A DNA stretch of 64,000 nt from Camelus dromedarius (taxonomy: Eukaryota). Positions 12,134-24,148 of the stretch are shown here, piece after piece. Numbering within the stretch: position 1 is the first letter of the stretch; each line of letters opens with the position of its first letter. Location of the stretch: positions 14,882,001-14,946,000 of the forward strand of contig NC_087437.1 in the NCBI RefSeq assembly GCF_036321535.1, in the 5' to 3' direction. Under the pieces are notes generated by a model. The model was not told where the DNA came from and searched no databases. It was given only the letters and a program-made list of their open reading frames with translations. The translations under genes were made by a program, and so were the position numbers.

Positions 12134-13403
12134 GTAAGCTGGCCGGGCGGGGTGCCTTCTGTCTCCTACTCCAGTTGCCCACATGGATTGTACTGGAGCC
12201 TTACCATCACCGTCAGGTGTACACCTTTCATAAGCTCCAACATGGGGTGAGGACAGCCTGCTGTAAACGTGCTCCTGGCTGGGTCTGCTGCACCCGTGAC
12301 CCTCGGGGACTGCCAGCTGAGTTTTTCCTTCTCTCAGCAGAGATGCCCCTGTCTCTAGGCACCTGACAACCCCCCATTCACAGTAATCCCAGTTTGGCTT
12401 GACCAGGGCAATCGTGGCGACGCAGAGGGGAAACTCCTTTCCAGCTGCCCAGGAAAGCTCACTAGGGATGAGCGCCGCGCCGCCCGCAGTTGGGCCTCAG
12501 TGCCCTGGGTGGGGGCTTGGAATGAAGGCGAGAGGGGATGAGCAGACAGAGCTATGCTTTTTGTGTACTCCAGTCTCTTGTTCCGTTATGATGAGCCAAG
12601 GTGAGCCTGGGGTGCCTTTACAGCCCCTGAAAGTTGACAGCCAACTTTTCTGCACTCTGCAAAAGCGTGTCTTTCTGAGCCCTGCCAGCCTTGCTGCATC
12701 CATGTTTCTCCTGGGTTAGGGGCTGCTGGGGTTAGGGGGTGCTGCAGCCTGGCCACAGCTCTGGCCAGGTTTGCCCTTTCTTGGGGGTCCCGCTTGGCTC
12801 CAGTATCAGACATTGCTGGACATCTGTCTGGGTGGTCATGAGGCGGCTGTTGGCAGCCCCTCACCCCCACCAGGTAAGCTATCTCCCAACCCCTGCCCAT
12901 AAATTCTAGAAGAAGGATCCCGTGAGCCACGCAGGCCCCGGATCGGAAGAGCAGAGGGGTGGGTGAGACCCTGTCCTGAGACTGGGGCTACTGGGGGTTC
13001 CTGCGAGTTTAAAGTTCTGTCTGCCCCCGCCCCCCCCCGCCCCAGGGCCTCCGTATTGCTGATTTGACCAGGTGGGTGGCTGGGATGGCAACTTGGTTCA
13101 GTGTAGTTCGCAGTTCTCGGGTCCTGCAGTGGACAGGCTGGGAAACACCTCGTGGGCTAGAGCCCTTGGCCCATGGTGACTGCGATGCCCGAACCCACAG
13201 GGACCTGGGCCACCTGTGCCCTCGGGCCCAGGCACTGTCCACCGCCACTACACAGTGGCTTCCCCAGGACAGTCCTGCAGCATGTGCAGACTCCTGGGCT
13301 CTCACACAGGGCCGCTCACGCACACGTGCACACACACACCCAGAGGCCCCCAGGGGCCATGCCGGCTCACGCCCTGAGGTCCTTCTGTCTCTGTGTTGAG
13401 CAG

Positions 13404-13551
13404 CAATGTCCAATTTCTTCGAGGCCAGCTGCATGCCCTGTATGAATCAGACAGCTTTCCCCAAGCTGTGTCAACTTTGTGCGGGGAAAGGGACGGACAA
13501 GTGCGCCTGCAACTCCGACGAACCGTACTTTGGCTACTCAGGTGCCTTCAG
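13404..13551 (+). CDS. INHCA: ICA exon 5 ([13 protein letters not shown]...[11 protein letters not shown])
   Basis: GAGCAG tandem acceptor (CAG chosen by alignment to AVANFF), gtgagt donor, 148 nt, 6 Cys, YFGYSGAF motif. Confidence 0.93.
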
Positions 13552-14046
13552 GTGAGTGGGACCCCTTGCTCCTCCTCCTCACTTGATGGTGGGGAAACTA
13601 AGGCCAGGGAGTGAACAGGGCCTGCCCTAGACACTAGAGCATCACCGTGAAGCCCAGGGTCCTGAGTGCCTCCCACAGCCTACCCTCACTCCTGACCAGC
13701 CTAAGGAGCAGCCTTGTGTTGGGGAGCCCCCTTGTTTCCCCAGAGTCCAGGGTCTGGGCCAGGGAGGTCCTTGGATCCACCAACACAGGCTTGGGTTCCT
13801 GGCCCGGCCAAAGGCCAGGACCTCCCCCGGCCCTTTTTTCTCCCTGAGCATCTCCCGGTGTCAGGGTTTCCCCCCTTCCCCCCTTCCTCTAAGCCCCCTA
13901 CAAGCAGGCACCTCTTTATAGTCCACACATTGTAAGAGAAATAGCTCCCGCTCCGAGCCACAGCAAAGCTGGCCAGGAGTCCAAGGCTATCTAGAGTGGT
14001 TGTCCTCTATGTAAAAGACTTTAAATCTTTATGTTTTAAAAATCTG

Positions 14047-14232
14047 AATAGATAAACAACAAGGACCTACTGTGTAGCACAGGGAACTATATTCAGTATC
14101 TTGTAATAACCTATAACAGAAAAGTATCTGAAAAACAATATATGTGTGTGTAGGTATAACTGAATCACTTTGCTGTACACCTGAAACTAACACAACATTG
14201 TGAATCAAGCATACTTCAATTTAAAAAAAAAA
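14047..14232 (+). mobile_element. Artiodactyl L1 3' end fragment with poly(A)
   Basis: Same family as 6170-6497; flanked by a repeated aaaaatctg. Confidence 0.8.
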
Positions 14233-14536
14233 TCTGTTGCTTTAGGCTGCCTTTGAAGAGGGAGGTGAGGTCCCTCTTTGACACCGTCCCTCCCCAGAGT
14301 AGCCTGGGATGTGCCTTATGGGGCTCCTGCCTGCTTCAGACCTGGGCTTGGCTCTGGGGTTTCAAAGACCCTTCAGACAGGGCCATCGCCTCTGTGAGGA
14401 CAGACGGAAGCGCGGGAAACTGTGGGCGAAGTCCTTTGTGCCGGTGGCCAGGGCAGAGCCTCCGTGGGGGGCTACGAGGGGAGGGGCGAGGCTGTGTTGT
14501 GGGCAGTGGCCTGACTACAGCTGTCCTGTCCCTCAG

Positions 14537-14592
14537 GTGTCTGCAGGACGGTGCGGGGGACGTGAGCTTCGTGAGGCACATGACTGTGTTCG
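14537..14592 (+). CDS. INHCA: ICA exon 6 (CLQDGAGDVSFVRHMTVF)
   Basis: ccctcag acceptor, gtaagg donor, 56 nt, GDVxFV motif. Confidence 0.95.
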
Positions 14593-15733
14593 GTAAGGGC
14601 TGTGCGCCACGCCCCGGCCAGGGGACCTGGTTCTCTCCCCAGAGTTTCCTTATGTCTAGAGATGGTGATGGCAAGATCTTTAATGAAATAGGAGAGTTTC
14701 TGTCTAAAAAGCGTTTCTGTTATTCGTACTTTGTTTAGTGCTCAGTTTGTTCAGTCTGTAAATCTACTAAACAAATTTTGTGAACATTTAAACATTACTC
14801 ACCACCAGTTTTCATAATCAAATTCTTAGTTACTGAAACACCAATTTCAGATCTAATCACATTCTCCTGAATGCTTCATTATAAACAGCTCCTAAATGCT
14901 TTAATCCCCTTAAGCAAATAATTATAATGATTTCAGAACTTATTAGCACAACTACAATGAAATCTGTTGCAAAAGCTTTACTACCTTAGACAAAAATGTA
15001 TTTCTTCATTTCTATATTTAAAAAAAAAACAAACTTTCTAGTGTTCTGGGCAATTTATCAGAAACAAAATAGTATTTAAGGAATATTTGGTTACGGATTC
15101 TGGATTTTATAACCAATTAAATTTCTATCAGATGCAGAACACACTTTTATCATTTAAGATGTTTAAAAAAAAAAGGATGTGTATTCTATTTTAGGTTCAC
15201 TTTTAAAATCAGCGTCTGCTACCTCAAGGAGAATTCTGAATCCTCACCTTTTCCATGGGCTGCGTTCCCCCCAGCCTGGTGTCTTTCCCTGACATGAAAT
15301 AGAAACGGAGCGTCCTTTGTTCCCGGTTCAGCCATTCACAATTCACTGTCCCTCATTATTACACACTGACCTGGTTTGTTAGCATTTTGGCACTTGATGT
15401 ATGTCTTATTATCAGGGATTTTAATTAGTGAGGTCATCTATGGGTTTCGTCTCCCAGAATCAACTGTTCCAAATAATTGCCACTGTCATTCCCTCGGGCT
15501 GCTCAAGGCAGCCCAGTGATGCCAGTGGATAGAGTCTTCCAACACTCCCCCCCCAAGCATTGAAAACATCCTCGCTTTCTGAAAACAACCAATTGTCCCA
15601 GACCATCCCGATTTCCCTTTGCAGAAAGTCACGTGTCCACTATTCTAACAGATCCCTTACTGCCTTTTAGGAGATGTTTACAAGAGACTATCCACTGGGC
15701 TTTAGGGGTGAGAAGGAGTGTTGGTGGTGGGGC

Positions 15734-16267
15734 TGTTACCCCAAAAGGGAAAAAGAAAAGACCCCAGTTCTTGTCATAACTGAAAGATAAGATTACAGAC
15801 AGGAGACGGTGCATTGTGTAGCAAAGGATTTTAAAGGATTTATTAGCAAAGAGAAAGTACAGCTCCAAGAATAGGAGGTGGGCTGATCCAAGGGCAGATG
15901 GCAGGGGTCTTTGGTCTCCTGTCTTATACGCTCACTTAGAGGTGGTCTCTTGATTGATTGACAGCTCTTGCCCCTGGAACGTGCAGTCATGTTTGTCCCC
16001 TTTGTGCATGTCCTTACCCATGATGCACACAGAAAATCCTATGAGGCGGGGGCCTACGCCACAATAGCATTATATTAAAATGAGCACTGGGTTGTGTCCG
16101 CTAATGAGCAGTTGTGGCTGTTGGGTTCTAACCGGTTTCTTGCTGGTGCTCATTTAGAAGAAGTAAAGCCCCTTTATGCTGGAGGCGGGCGTAATGCCAT
16201 CTTCTGGACCATCTGCCTTCTCCTCCACTTATCTGCCCAGTGCCCCCACTTATCTAACTACCTAACA
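15734..16267 (-). mobile_element. Solo ERV LTR (class I-like), 534 bp, 4-bp TSD GGGC
   Basis: TGTTA...TAACA termini, GGGC on both sides, AATAAA on the minus strand; highly similar copy at 28832-29378. Confidence 0.88.
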
Positions 16268-16353
16268 GGGCCACAGAACCCACTTTGCAGGGCGTGAGAG
16301 GAAGGAAGGAAGGATAGATGCCAGGGGTGACCTGGCATTGGGGAACTGGCTGA

Positions 16354-17433
<1,080 letters not shown>

Positions 17434-18083
17434 TAGCAGGTGACATTTCGTGCTGAGCCCCTGCAAAAGCAAAGAGCAGACAGACATTGCAAAAAGCGTG
17501 TGGATGGGTGCTATGGGGAGGTACAGTCAGGAATGGGTTTGGGCCAGGTGGCAGGAGTTATAAGCCAAGAGCCCTTCGTTTTTGGGGGGGTCAGAAAGGG
17601 GAAGGAACTGCTTGAAGTCCTTCAATGGCAGGCCTAGGGTGGCAAACTCCTGACCTCCAGGCTTAAAGGTCCTGGATCACCAGCTGCTTCAGGATGAAGC
17701 CTGCTGGAGCCACTTGGGGCAAAATCAGGCGGCCAGCGGTGAGGCTGCCGTCACTGACTGCCCCATGGGAAAGCGGCACAGGAGAGGGACAGCTGCCTGG
17801 CCCATGGCCCATCACCCTTTGTGCAGCCCTGGGGGGCAACCCCTGGCAGTTTCCCTGAGGCTGCCCAAGGTGGACAAGCTGGGATCTGAGTCAAGCGTTC
17901 CCTGGAGAAGACTCGGGAACCTCGTGAGCCACAGGGGCTGCGGAGGGCCTCGGTCACGGCCTTCACTCTCAGCGCTCGTATTTCCCTCCCTTTCTGTTTT
18001 CCTTGTCTGCTTTGGCGTTTGTCTGCCCTTTACCTCTCTATACCAGCCTCCTCCTGTCACCGTTTCTTTTATCCTTTGAACAG

Positions 18084-18255
18084 GAACATTTTGGAAAAGA
18101 CAAGACAACAGGATTCCAGCTCTTCCACTCTCCTCATGGAAAGGACCTGCTGTTCACAGACGCCACCCAGGGGTTGTTAAGAGTCCCACCTAAGATGGAC
18201 ACCAAGCTGTACCTGGGATATGAGTATGTTGCTGCCATTGAGCGTCTAAGGAGAG
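18084..18255 (+). CDS. INHCA: ICA exon 8 ([14 protein letters not shown]...[16 protein letters not shown])
   Basis: tttgaacag acceptor; the in-phase donor is GAG|gtgggt at 18256; 172 nt; KDLLF motif. Confidence 0.92.
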
Positions 18256-19166
18256 GTGGGTAAGGTCCTGGGAGGGACCTGGAGAGCTTGGCAGGGGCAG
18301 GGTGGGGGCCCAGGGGGCTTTCCCGGTGTCTGCAAGCCTCGCTGGAGGGGCCCGAGGGTGCTACCAACTGTGCTGGGCTCCTGTGGGGCTTTTCTGCTGA
18401 GCTGGGAAGAGGTCTCAATAATGGGATCAAAACGGGTTTGGAAGACCCACAGATTACAGGCAACTTGAGGTCATGATGGTCCTGGCGCCTTTGGATTAAC
18501 CAGGATTGTCCCACCTGGCAGTAGGACTGTTTGCTGGGGAAAACAGGCCATCCTAAACTGAAACGGGAACACGGCCTCTGCCAAGGTCAGGAGCAGAGCT
18601 AGAATTTCAGGTTCTAATCCAGCTCCTACTTTCCTTTGGATCCCAATGGTTCATGGTTCATTTCTTCCTTCCTTATTTTTCCCCCCTTTATTTAGTTAGC
18701 CAGTAGTTACTGAACATCTACCCAAACCTCTGGGTTAAACGTGTGCATACTTGGAGAGCAAAGACTGGGTGAGGGGGAGAGCAAGCAGGCCCACCCAGAA
18801 CAGATGGCACTGACTTCTGACTGGGGGACACTCTCTGGATGGGAGAACCCTGTCCTGTGAGAGAAAACCCCAGAAGGCCCTGCGCTGGGCTGGGGCTCAG
18901 AGAAGCCTCCCCCCGGGGAGCTGATGTCTGATTTGGGGAGGTACGGAGGGGGGCTGTTGCTCTGTCTTCACTGCTTTTTCTGGGAACCAATTTCCTCATG
19001 TCTCCTGGGAGGTGATGAGTGGGAATGAGCTGCAACATGGGCACAAGACATGCCAAGCCTGTCAGCGAGGGCCCATGGGATAGCCACTCTGAAGCCAGGG
19101 GCGCTAACCCCCTAGTCCCATCTCGGGGCTTCCTTTGGATCTCTGGCTCTTCTCCACCATTTCTAG

Positions 19167-19309
19167 GTGCAGAAGACCCCCAGAGGGTGATGTGGTGCGC
19201 AGTGAGCCAGCACGAGAAGGCCAAGTGTGACGAGTGGAGCGCCCTGAGCGGTGGCATCTTGAGGTGCACAGTGGAGGAGACCACTGAGGACTGCATTGCC
19301 GCCATCGTG
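19167..19309 (+). CDS. INHCA: ICA exon 9 (GAEDPQRVMWCAVSQHEKAKCDEWS...EDCIAAIV), start of C-lobe
   Basis: catttctag acceptor (an alternative in-frame CAG lies 6 nt downstream), gtaggc donor, 143 nt. Confidence 0.92.
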
Positions 19310-19549
19310 GTAGGCAGGGCCGGGCTTTCGCAGCTGGGCTTGGACACCCGGGCACACGGCGCTTCTGCTGAGTCAGGTTGAAGGCTCCCTTCCTGAGTGT
19401 CTCCCCATCAGCCTTGAGCATGAGACATACCTATTATGTGCTGCCCCCAACTCTCCAAAGCTCCCCTCCCCGCTGTACCCACAGGTCCCTCCAGCTTGAA
19501 CGTACAGAGCAGCCCAGGACCCAGACTCCTTAAGAGTTCAGCTCTGCAG

Positions 19550-19680
19550 GCGGGAGGGTATAGCTCAGTGGCAGAGCACATGCTTAGTGTGCACAAGGTT
19601 CTAGGTTCAGTCCCCAGTACCTCGATTAAAAAAATACATAAATAAATAAACCTAAATCCACCCCTCCACATAAAAAAAAA
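19550..19680 (+). mobile_element. Vic-1-like SINE with 18-bp TSD
   Basis: GGGAGGGTATAGCTCAGTGG...GGTTCAGTCCCCAG; TSD aagagttcagctctgcag (19532-19549) and aagagctcagctctgcag (19679-19696). Confidence 0.92.
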
Positions 19681-20639
19681 GAGCTCAGCTCTGCAGTCCA
19701 GGGAGCTCTGAGGGTCTTGCCTTGGAAGTGGGGTAGTCAGGGCCCCTGTGGATTGTGAAAGCAAATCAATCTTTTCAGTCCTCTGGGCAAGTAAGTTTTT
19801 TTTTTTTTTTTCTGGTGATAAAGATCTTACACTCTGGAAGAGAAATGAAAAATAAATAATACTCACAACTTCATCACTCAAAAATTAGCACCACATAATT
19901 TCTGACTTATGGTATGGCATTGGTTATTAACTGTCCATTTCTCTATGAGCAGACAATATTTTTGAGATTAGAAAAAAATAAATTTATAAATAAAAGGCTG
20001 AAAAACTGACAAACTTAGGAGACACTACAGTTTTTCTTAAGAAGTTCATAATTTTGGTAAACCTTCCTGGGACCAACTCATAATATTAAGATCTTGCAAT
20101 GTATACAGTCTCCTAAATTTGTCAATTATCAGAATTAAATAAATTTGAATGCTTGTAACATTGCCTGGCCTATAATAAAAAGTCAGTGAATGTTAGCAAT
20201 TATTATTGTTTCAATTCTTGAGCACAGCTGGTGCACTTCTTAGCTAATGAAGCATTCATTTAAAATATGTTTTTAATGGCTGCATAGTAGTCCACCAAGT
20301 ATTTCTGCCTCAATTTATTTAGCCAATTTCTAAATATCTGCATTTGAATTATTTCCAAATCCTTTGCCATTATAGATAATATGGGGTTGAAGATTTTTGC
20401 CTTAAATCCATCAATATTTCTGAGTGTACCTTTAATATTAATGACAGTCAATATATCTGGAGTTACTTTAAGTGCCACGCATGTGTATGAACTCTTAACT
20501 TGTATTAACTCTTTTAATCCTCATGATCAGCCTATGAGGCAGATTTTTCACTCATTTTATGGGTGGAAAAAAAAACGTACATAGAATTGTATTTAGGGAT
20601 GTGTCCTTTGGAGCAGTCAGATCCCGGAGGCTGTTACAT

Positions 20640-20870
20640 TGTGATTATGGGCAGAAGCTAAGGAATTAAACTACCTAAGTTTAAGTCTTAGTGGCTGTCT
20701 ATTGGACAAATTACTTAACCTCTCTCTGCTTCAGTTTACTAATGTCTGAAAGGGGGAGAATTATAGTGCCTACCTTGCTGGGTTTTGTGAGGAATACACC
20801 TGTAATCACTGTAATCACTAAAGTGTTTAGAAAAGGACCTGGTACACAGTAAGGGCTTGGTAAGTTTTTG
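20640..20870 (+). mobile_element. MIR SINE
   Basis: Core ttggacaaattacttaacctctctctgcttcagtttac...aaggggagaattatagtgcctacc. Confidence 0.7.
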
Positions 20871-20890
20871 CTTCTATAGTTACTACTGTA

Positions 20891-20942
20891 TTTTATTTTA
20901 TTTTATTTTATTTTATTTTATTTTATTTTATTTTATTTTATT
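20891..20942. repeat. (TTTTA)n pentanucleotide microsatellite
   Basis: About 10 units read directly. Confidence 0.95.
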
Positions 20943-21540
20943 ACCATGACTACTGTTTTAAGACAGTTTTCTGGAAGGGCAGTGAACAGGTGAAGAGCAG
21001 AGAGTGTGTCTGTGTGTTTTCTTCTTGATCACCTCATCTGTGACCGTAGGTACACATATTTTGTTAAGCTGTTGGAAAAGTTTATTGATTAAAATTATAC
21101 GTTAATTTTAATAAATTATTTGAGTAGTGTGCTAATGGGGTTATAGGAACAGAATTAAACTCTGCCATATAGAAGAAAACGTGTTGCATAGAAACAGATT
21201 AAATACATACCCTGAGTCAGACCATGTGGATTGTGGAGTGAGTGGCAATGGTCACAAAGAAAGTGCGGAGCGAGCGTGCCCGGTACTCAGAATGGGTCCC
21301 ATGAGAGGACACAGAGACATCCAGGGAGCATGACCTGGGTTGGGTGTTTGCTCCTGGGTGAACAGGCTAAAGGCGTGACCAGGTTTCTAAACCCTGTGTT
21401 TATGTGGTACAAGCTTAGGGTAATCCACCATCTGGTTTATCAAAGGACATGGGACAGGAAGCCAACGAGGTGGAAACCTCTGAGGGTGAGACAGCGTAAC
21501 AGCCTCACTGTTGTGCTGTTGATTTATTTCTTAACTTCAG

Positions 21541-21631
21541 AAAGGAGAAGCTGATGCCATGACCTTGGATGGAGGCTTTGTCTACATCGCGGGCAAGTGT
21601 GGTCTGGTGCCTGTCCTGGCAGAGAACTACT
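21541..21631 (+). CDS. INHCA: ICA exon 10 ([30 protein letters not shown])
   Basis: ttaacttcag acceptor, gtacgt donor, 91 nt. Confidence 0.95.
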
Positions 21632-22808
21632 GTACGTCGGGGGAAGGGTCTCTGTGTTTTCTTCCCTCCGGGCTACGTGGACATGGAAAGATGAGGAAAT
21701 GATTTAGTTCAGTGTTGAGATAACAGTAACTATTGTTGGAGCAAAGGGAGCTAGTAGATTACATCTAACTTCCCCAGAGTCAGAACCAATTAAGATATAG
21801 AGGCAGGAGTTAGGCAGAAAGAAATCAGAATAACACCTTTATTACTGAAAGGGTGATGCTGGAGGGCGTGGCATAGAGCTGGCCACAGGGCTCGGCAAAT
21901 TGTCCTTGAGTTAGAGGGCCCATCAGTTCAGGAGGACAGACCTGCTGGCTGGCCCCCTGGCTGAGGGCAGAAGAAAACACATTCTGTCACAGGTGAGACA
22001 GTGGAAACCACCCTATGAGCCACAGGTGCCTAGATCCTTTTGCCAAATTTGCTAATCCCAAATTAACTCACTCAGCTGCACTGGGACACTGAAGCATGGG
22101 GCCACAAGGTCCTGGTCTTTAGTGGGGATCCATCCACCTGGAGAAATAAAGCCCCCCCCCTCCAGAAAAAGCATTTCACCAGTATCATTTGTTGAACCCC
22201 CCATCTGCTTGGCAGTGAGGGAGAAACCACGCTTTGTCCTTCAAAGCAAAACAACTTTGTGAAGTTGAACATAGTGAACATAGTGGGATCCCCATTTTAC
22301 AGGTGTGAAAACTAAGGCTTGGGGGAAGTTGAGTGATGTGTCTCAGGTAGAATAAAGGCTGCATCCAGGTCTTTCTGACCGCGTGGGCTGGATCCCTCTC
22401 CTCCAACACAGCAAGACTCTAACGATTGCCTCCCAGCCCAGAGCTCTGAAGGGAAGAGTGTCAGGATGACTAGAACCAAACAGCAAATGCGACAGGACCT
22501 CTGGCAAGGCCGTCAGTGGCTTCTGCTCTCCCCCTCAACCCCTTCAACGAACATCCCATTTTCCTTGTCTGTAGCTCCCCGAGTGTTGAGCAGATTCTGG
22601 GATGGAACCTAATGTTCAAATAACAAAGATCATGGGGAGGAGGTAAAGTAGGCCTGCAGAATCTTGGCTTGTTGGCGGCCAATGACAAACTGCTGAGTGA
22701 GCGTTTCTCCTCATTTTAATCCTATTGAGATTGAGAATTATGACTCTGGCTTGAGTAATGTGAGCGTTTAATGCCCTGTACCTCAGTTGTTTTTCTTTTT
22801 CTTTTTAG

Positions 22809-22865
22809 TGTCTCATGATGGCAAAGAGCAGTTTGGATCTAAGTGTGTAAACACACCCACGGAAG
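22809..22865 (+). CDS. INHCA: ICA exon 11 (LSHDGKEQFGSKCVNTPTE)
   Basis: Strong polypyrimidine tract plus tag acceptor, gtgagt donor, 57 nt phase 1-1; contains the Cys418 equivalent. Confidence 0.9.
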
Positions 22866-23992
22866 GTGAGTCAGAATCAGTGACACTGTGGCTTAAAGGT
22901 AAAGGCCTGTTGTCCGGGAGAGGATGAGGAAAGCTTTACAAATAAACAAAAGTTACTAGAGATGTGAAATAAAAGAAGACCCTGCCACCGAGTTCATTGT
23001 GAGGAGCTAAGTCTGTGGTGAGCTGTGTGATAATAATTACTAATTCTCAGGTCCTCCACAGTCGACAGAGGACTCCTGCTTGCACGTTCCTGCTCACTCT
23101 GCTCAGCATCCTCTGGCATGTGGCATCGTTGTCCGTGTCACATAGATGGGAAAGTGAGGCTCAGGGACTGTGGGACTTGCCCAGGGCCACACCGCCGGGA
23201 AGTGGCGGCACCTGGGCTTGAGTAGAGGCCGCGTGACTGGAAACCCTGTGCCCCTGCTGAGCTCCCAGGGTGCTCCCCGGCACGTGCTGCCACCCGTCTC
23301 TGCACGGAGGTCAGCACGGCGGGCAGAAGCCTGCCCCTGGCTTGCCCAGGGCCATGTGGAGGCCTCACGGGGGTAGGGGAGTCATAGATGCGGGTATTAT
23401 TGCAAACCTAGAAAATCAAAGACAACTTTAAGAAGTCATTAAAGCTCTTTCTGTTCAACAGAAATAATGCAAACAGATGCACACTCCTACGTACAAAGAT
23501 TTGTTTAGAGAAGTGGTTTGTAATAGGGGAAGTGGGTCACAACATAAATGCTCACCAGCGGGGGATTATAAAATACCATACTTCCAGACAGAGGGACGTA
23601 ACTTAGCTTCAACTAATAAATAGAATAAGATAGCTGCATCTACTTCTAAGGAATCAACAAGCTGTCTACAACGTATCATTGAGGAAGAACAAGGCAACTG
23701 GCAGAAAAGAATGTAGAGGAGGATTCCATTGAACAAGTCCGAAGTGTGTGCATAAATATTTGTGAGTGTATGTATGCAGACATGCCTGGAGAGCATTAGA
23801 GTCAGTCTGTTTGGCCCAGTACCTAACCGTGATGTATACTGGGAGGATCTCCTGCTCAAGCAAGGCGAGGGCCTCGAGCTGTCCCCCTCCCCTGGGCAAA
23901 CGGCAGGTGGGGGAGAGCTGCAGCGGCCCCGGGGTACATTTTTGGAGGGCCCTGGAGGACTTGAAATTGCACGTTGATGTCTCCATTGCAAG

Positions 23993-24148
23993 GTTACTAC
24001 GTTGTGGCCGTGGTCAAGAAGTCAGATGCCGACCTCACCTGGAACTCTCTGCAAGGGAAGAAGTCCTGCCATGGCGCAGTTGGCACTTCTGCAGGCTGGC
24101 ACGTCCCCATGGGTTTCATACACAACCAGACTGGGTCCTGTAAACTCG
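23993..24148 (+). CDS. INHCA: ICA exon 12 ([12 protein letters not shown]...SCHGAVGTSAGWHVPMG...GSCKL)
   Basis: ttgcaag acceptor, gtgagt donor, 156 nt. Confidence 0.94.

Noticed and set aside
19550..19625. tRNA gene
   Set aside because: The tRNA-like A/B boxes belong to a SINE with an A-rich tail, a TSD and several dispersed copies in the window.
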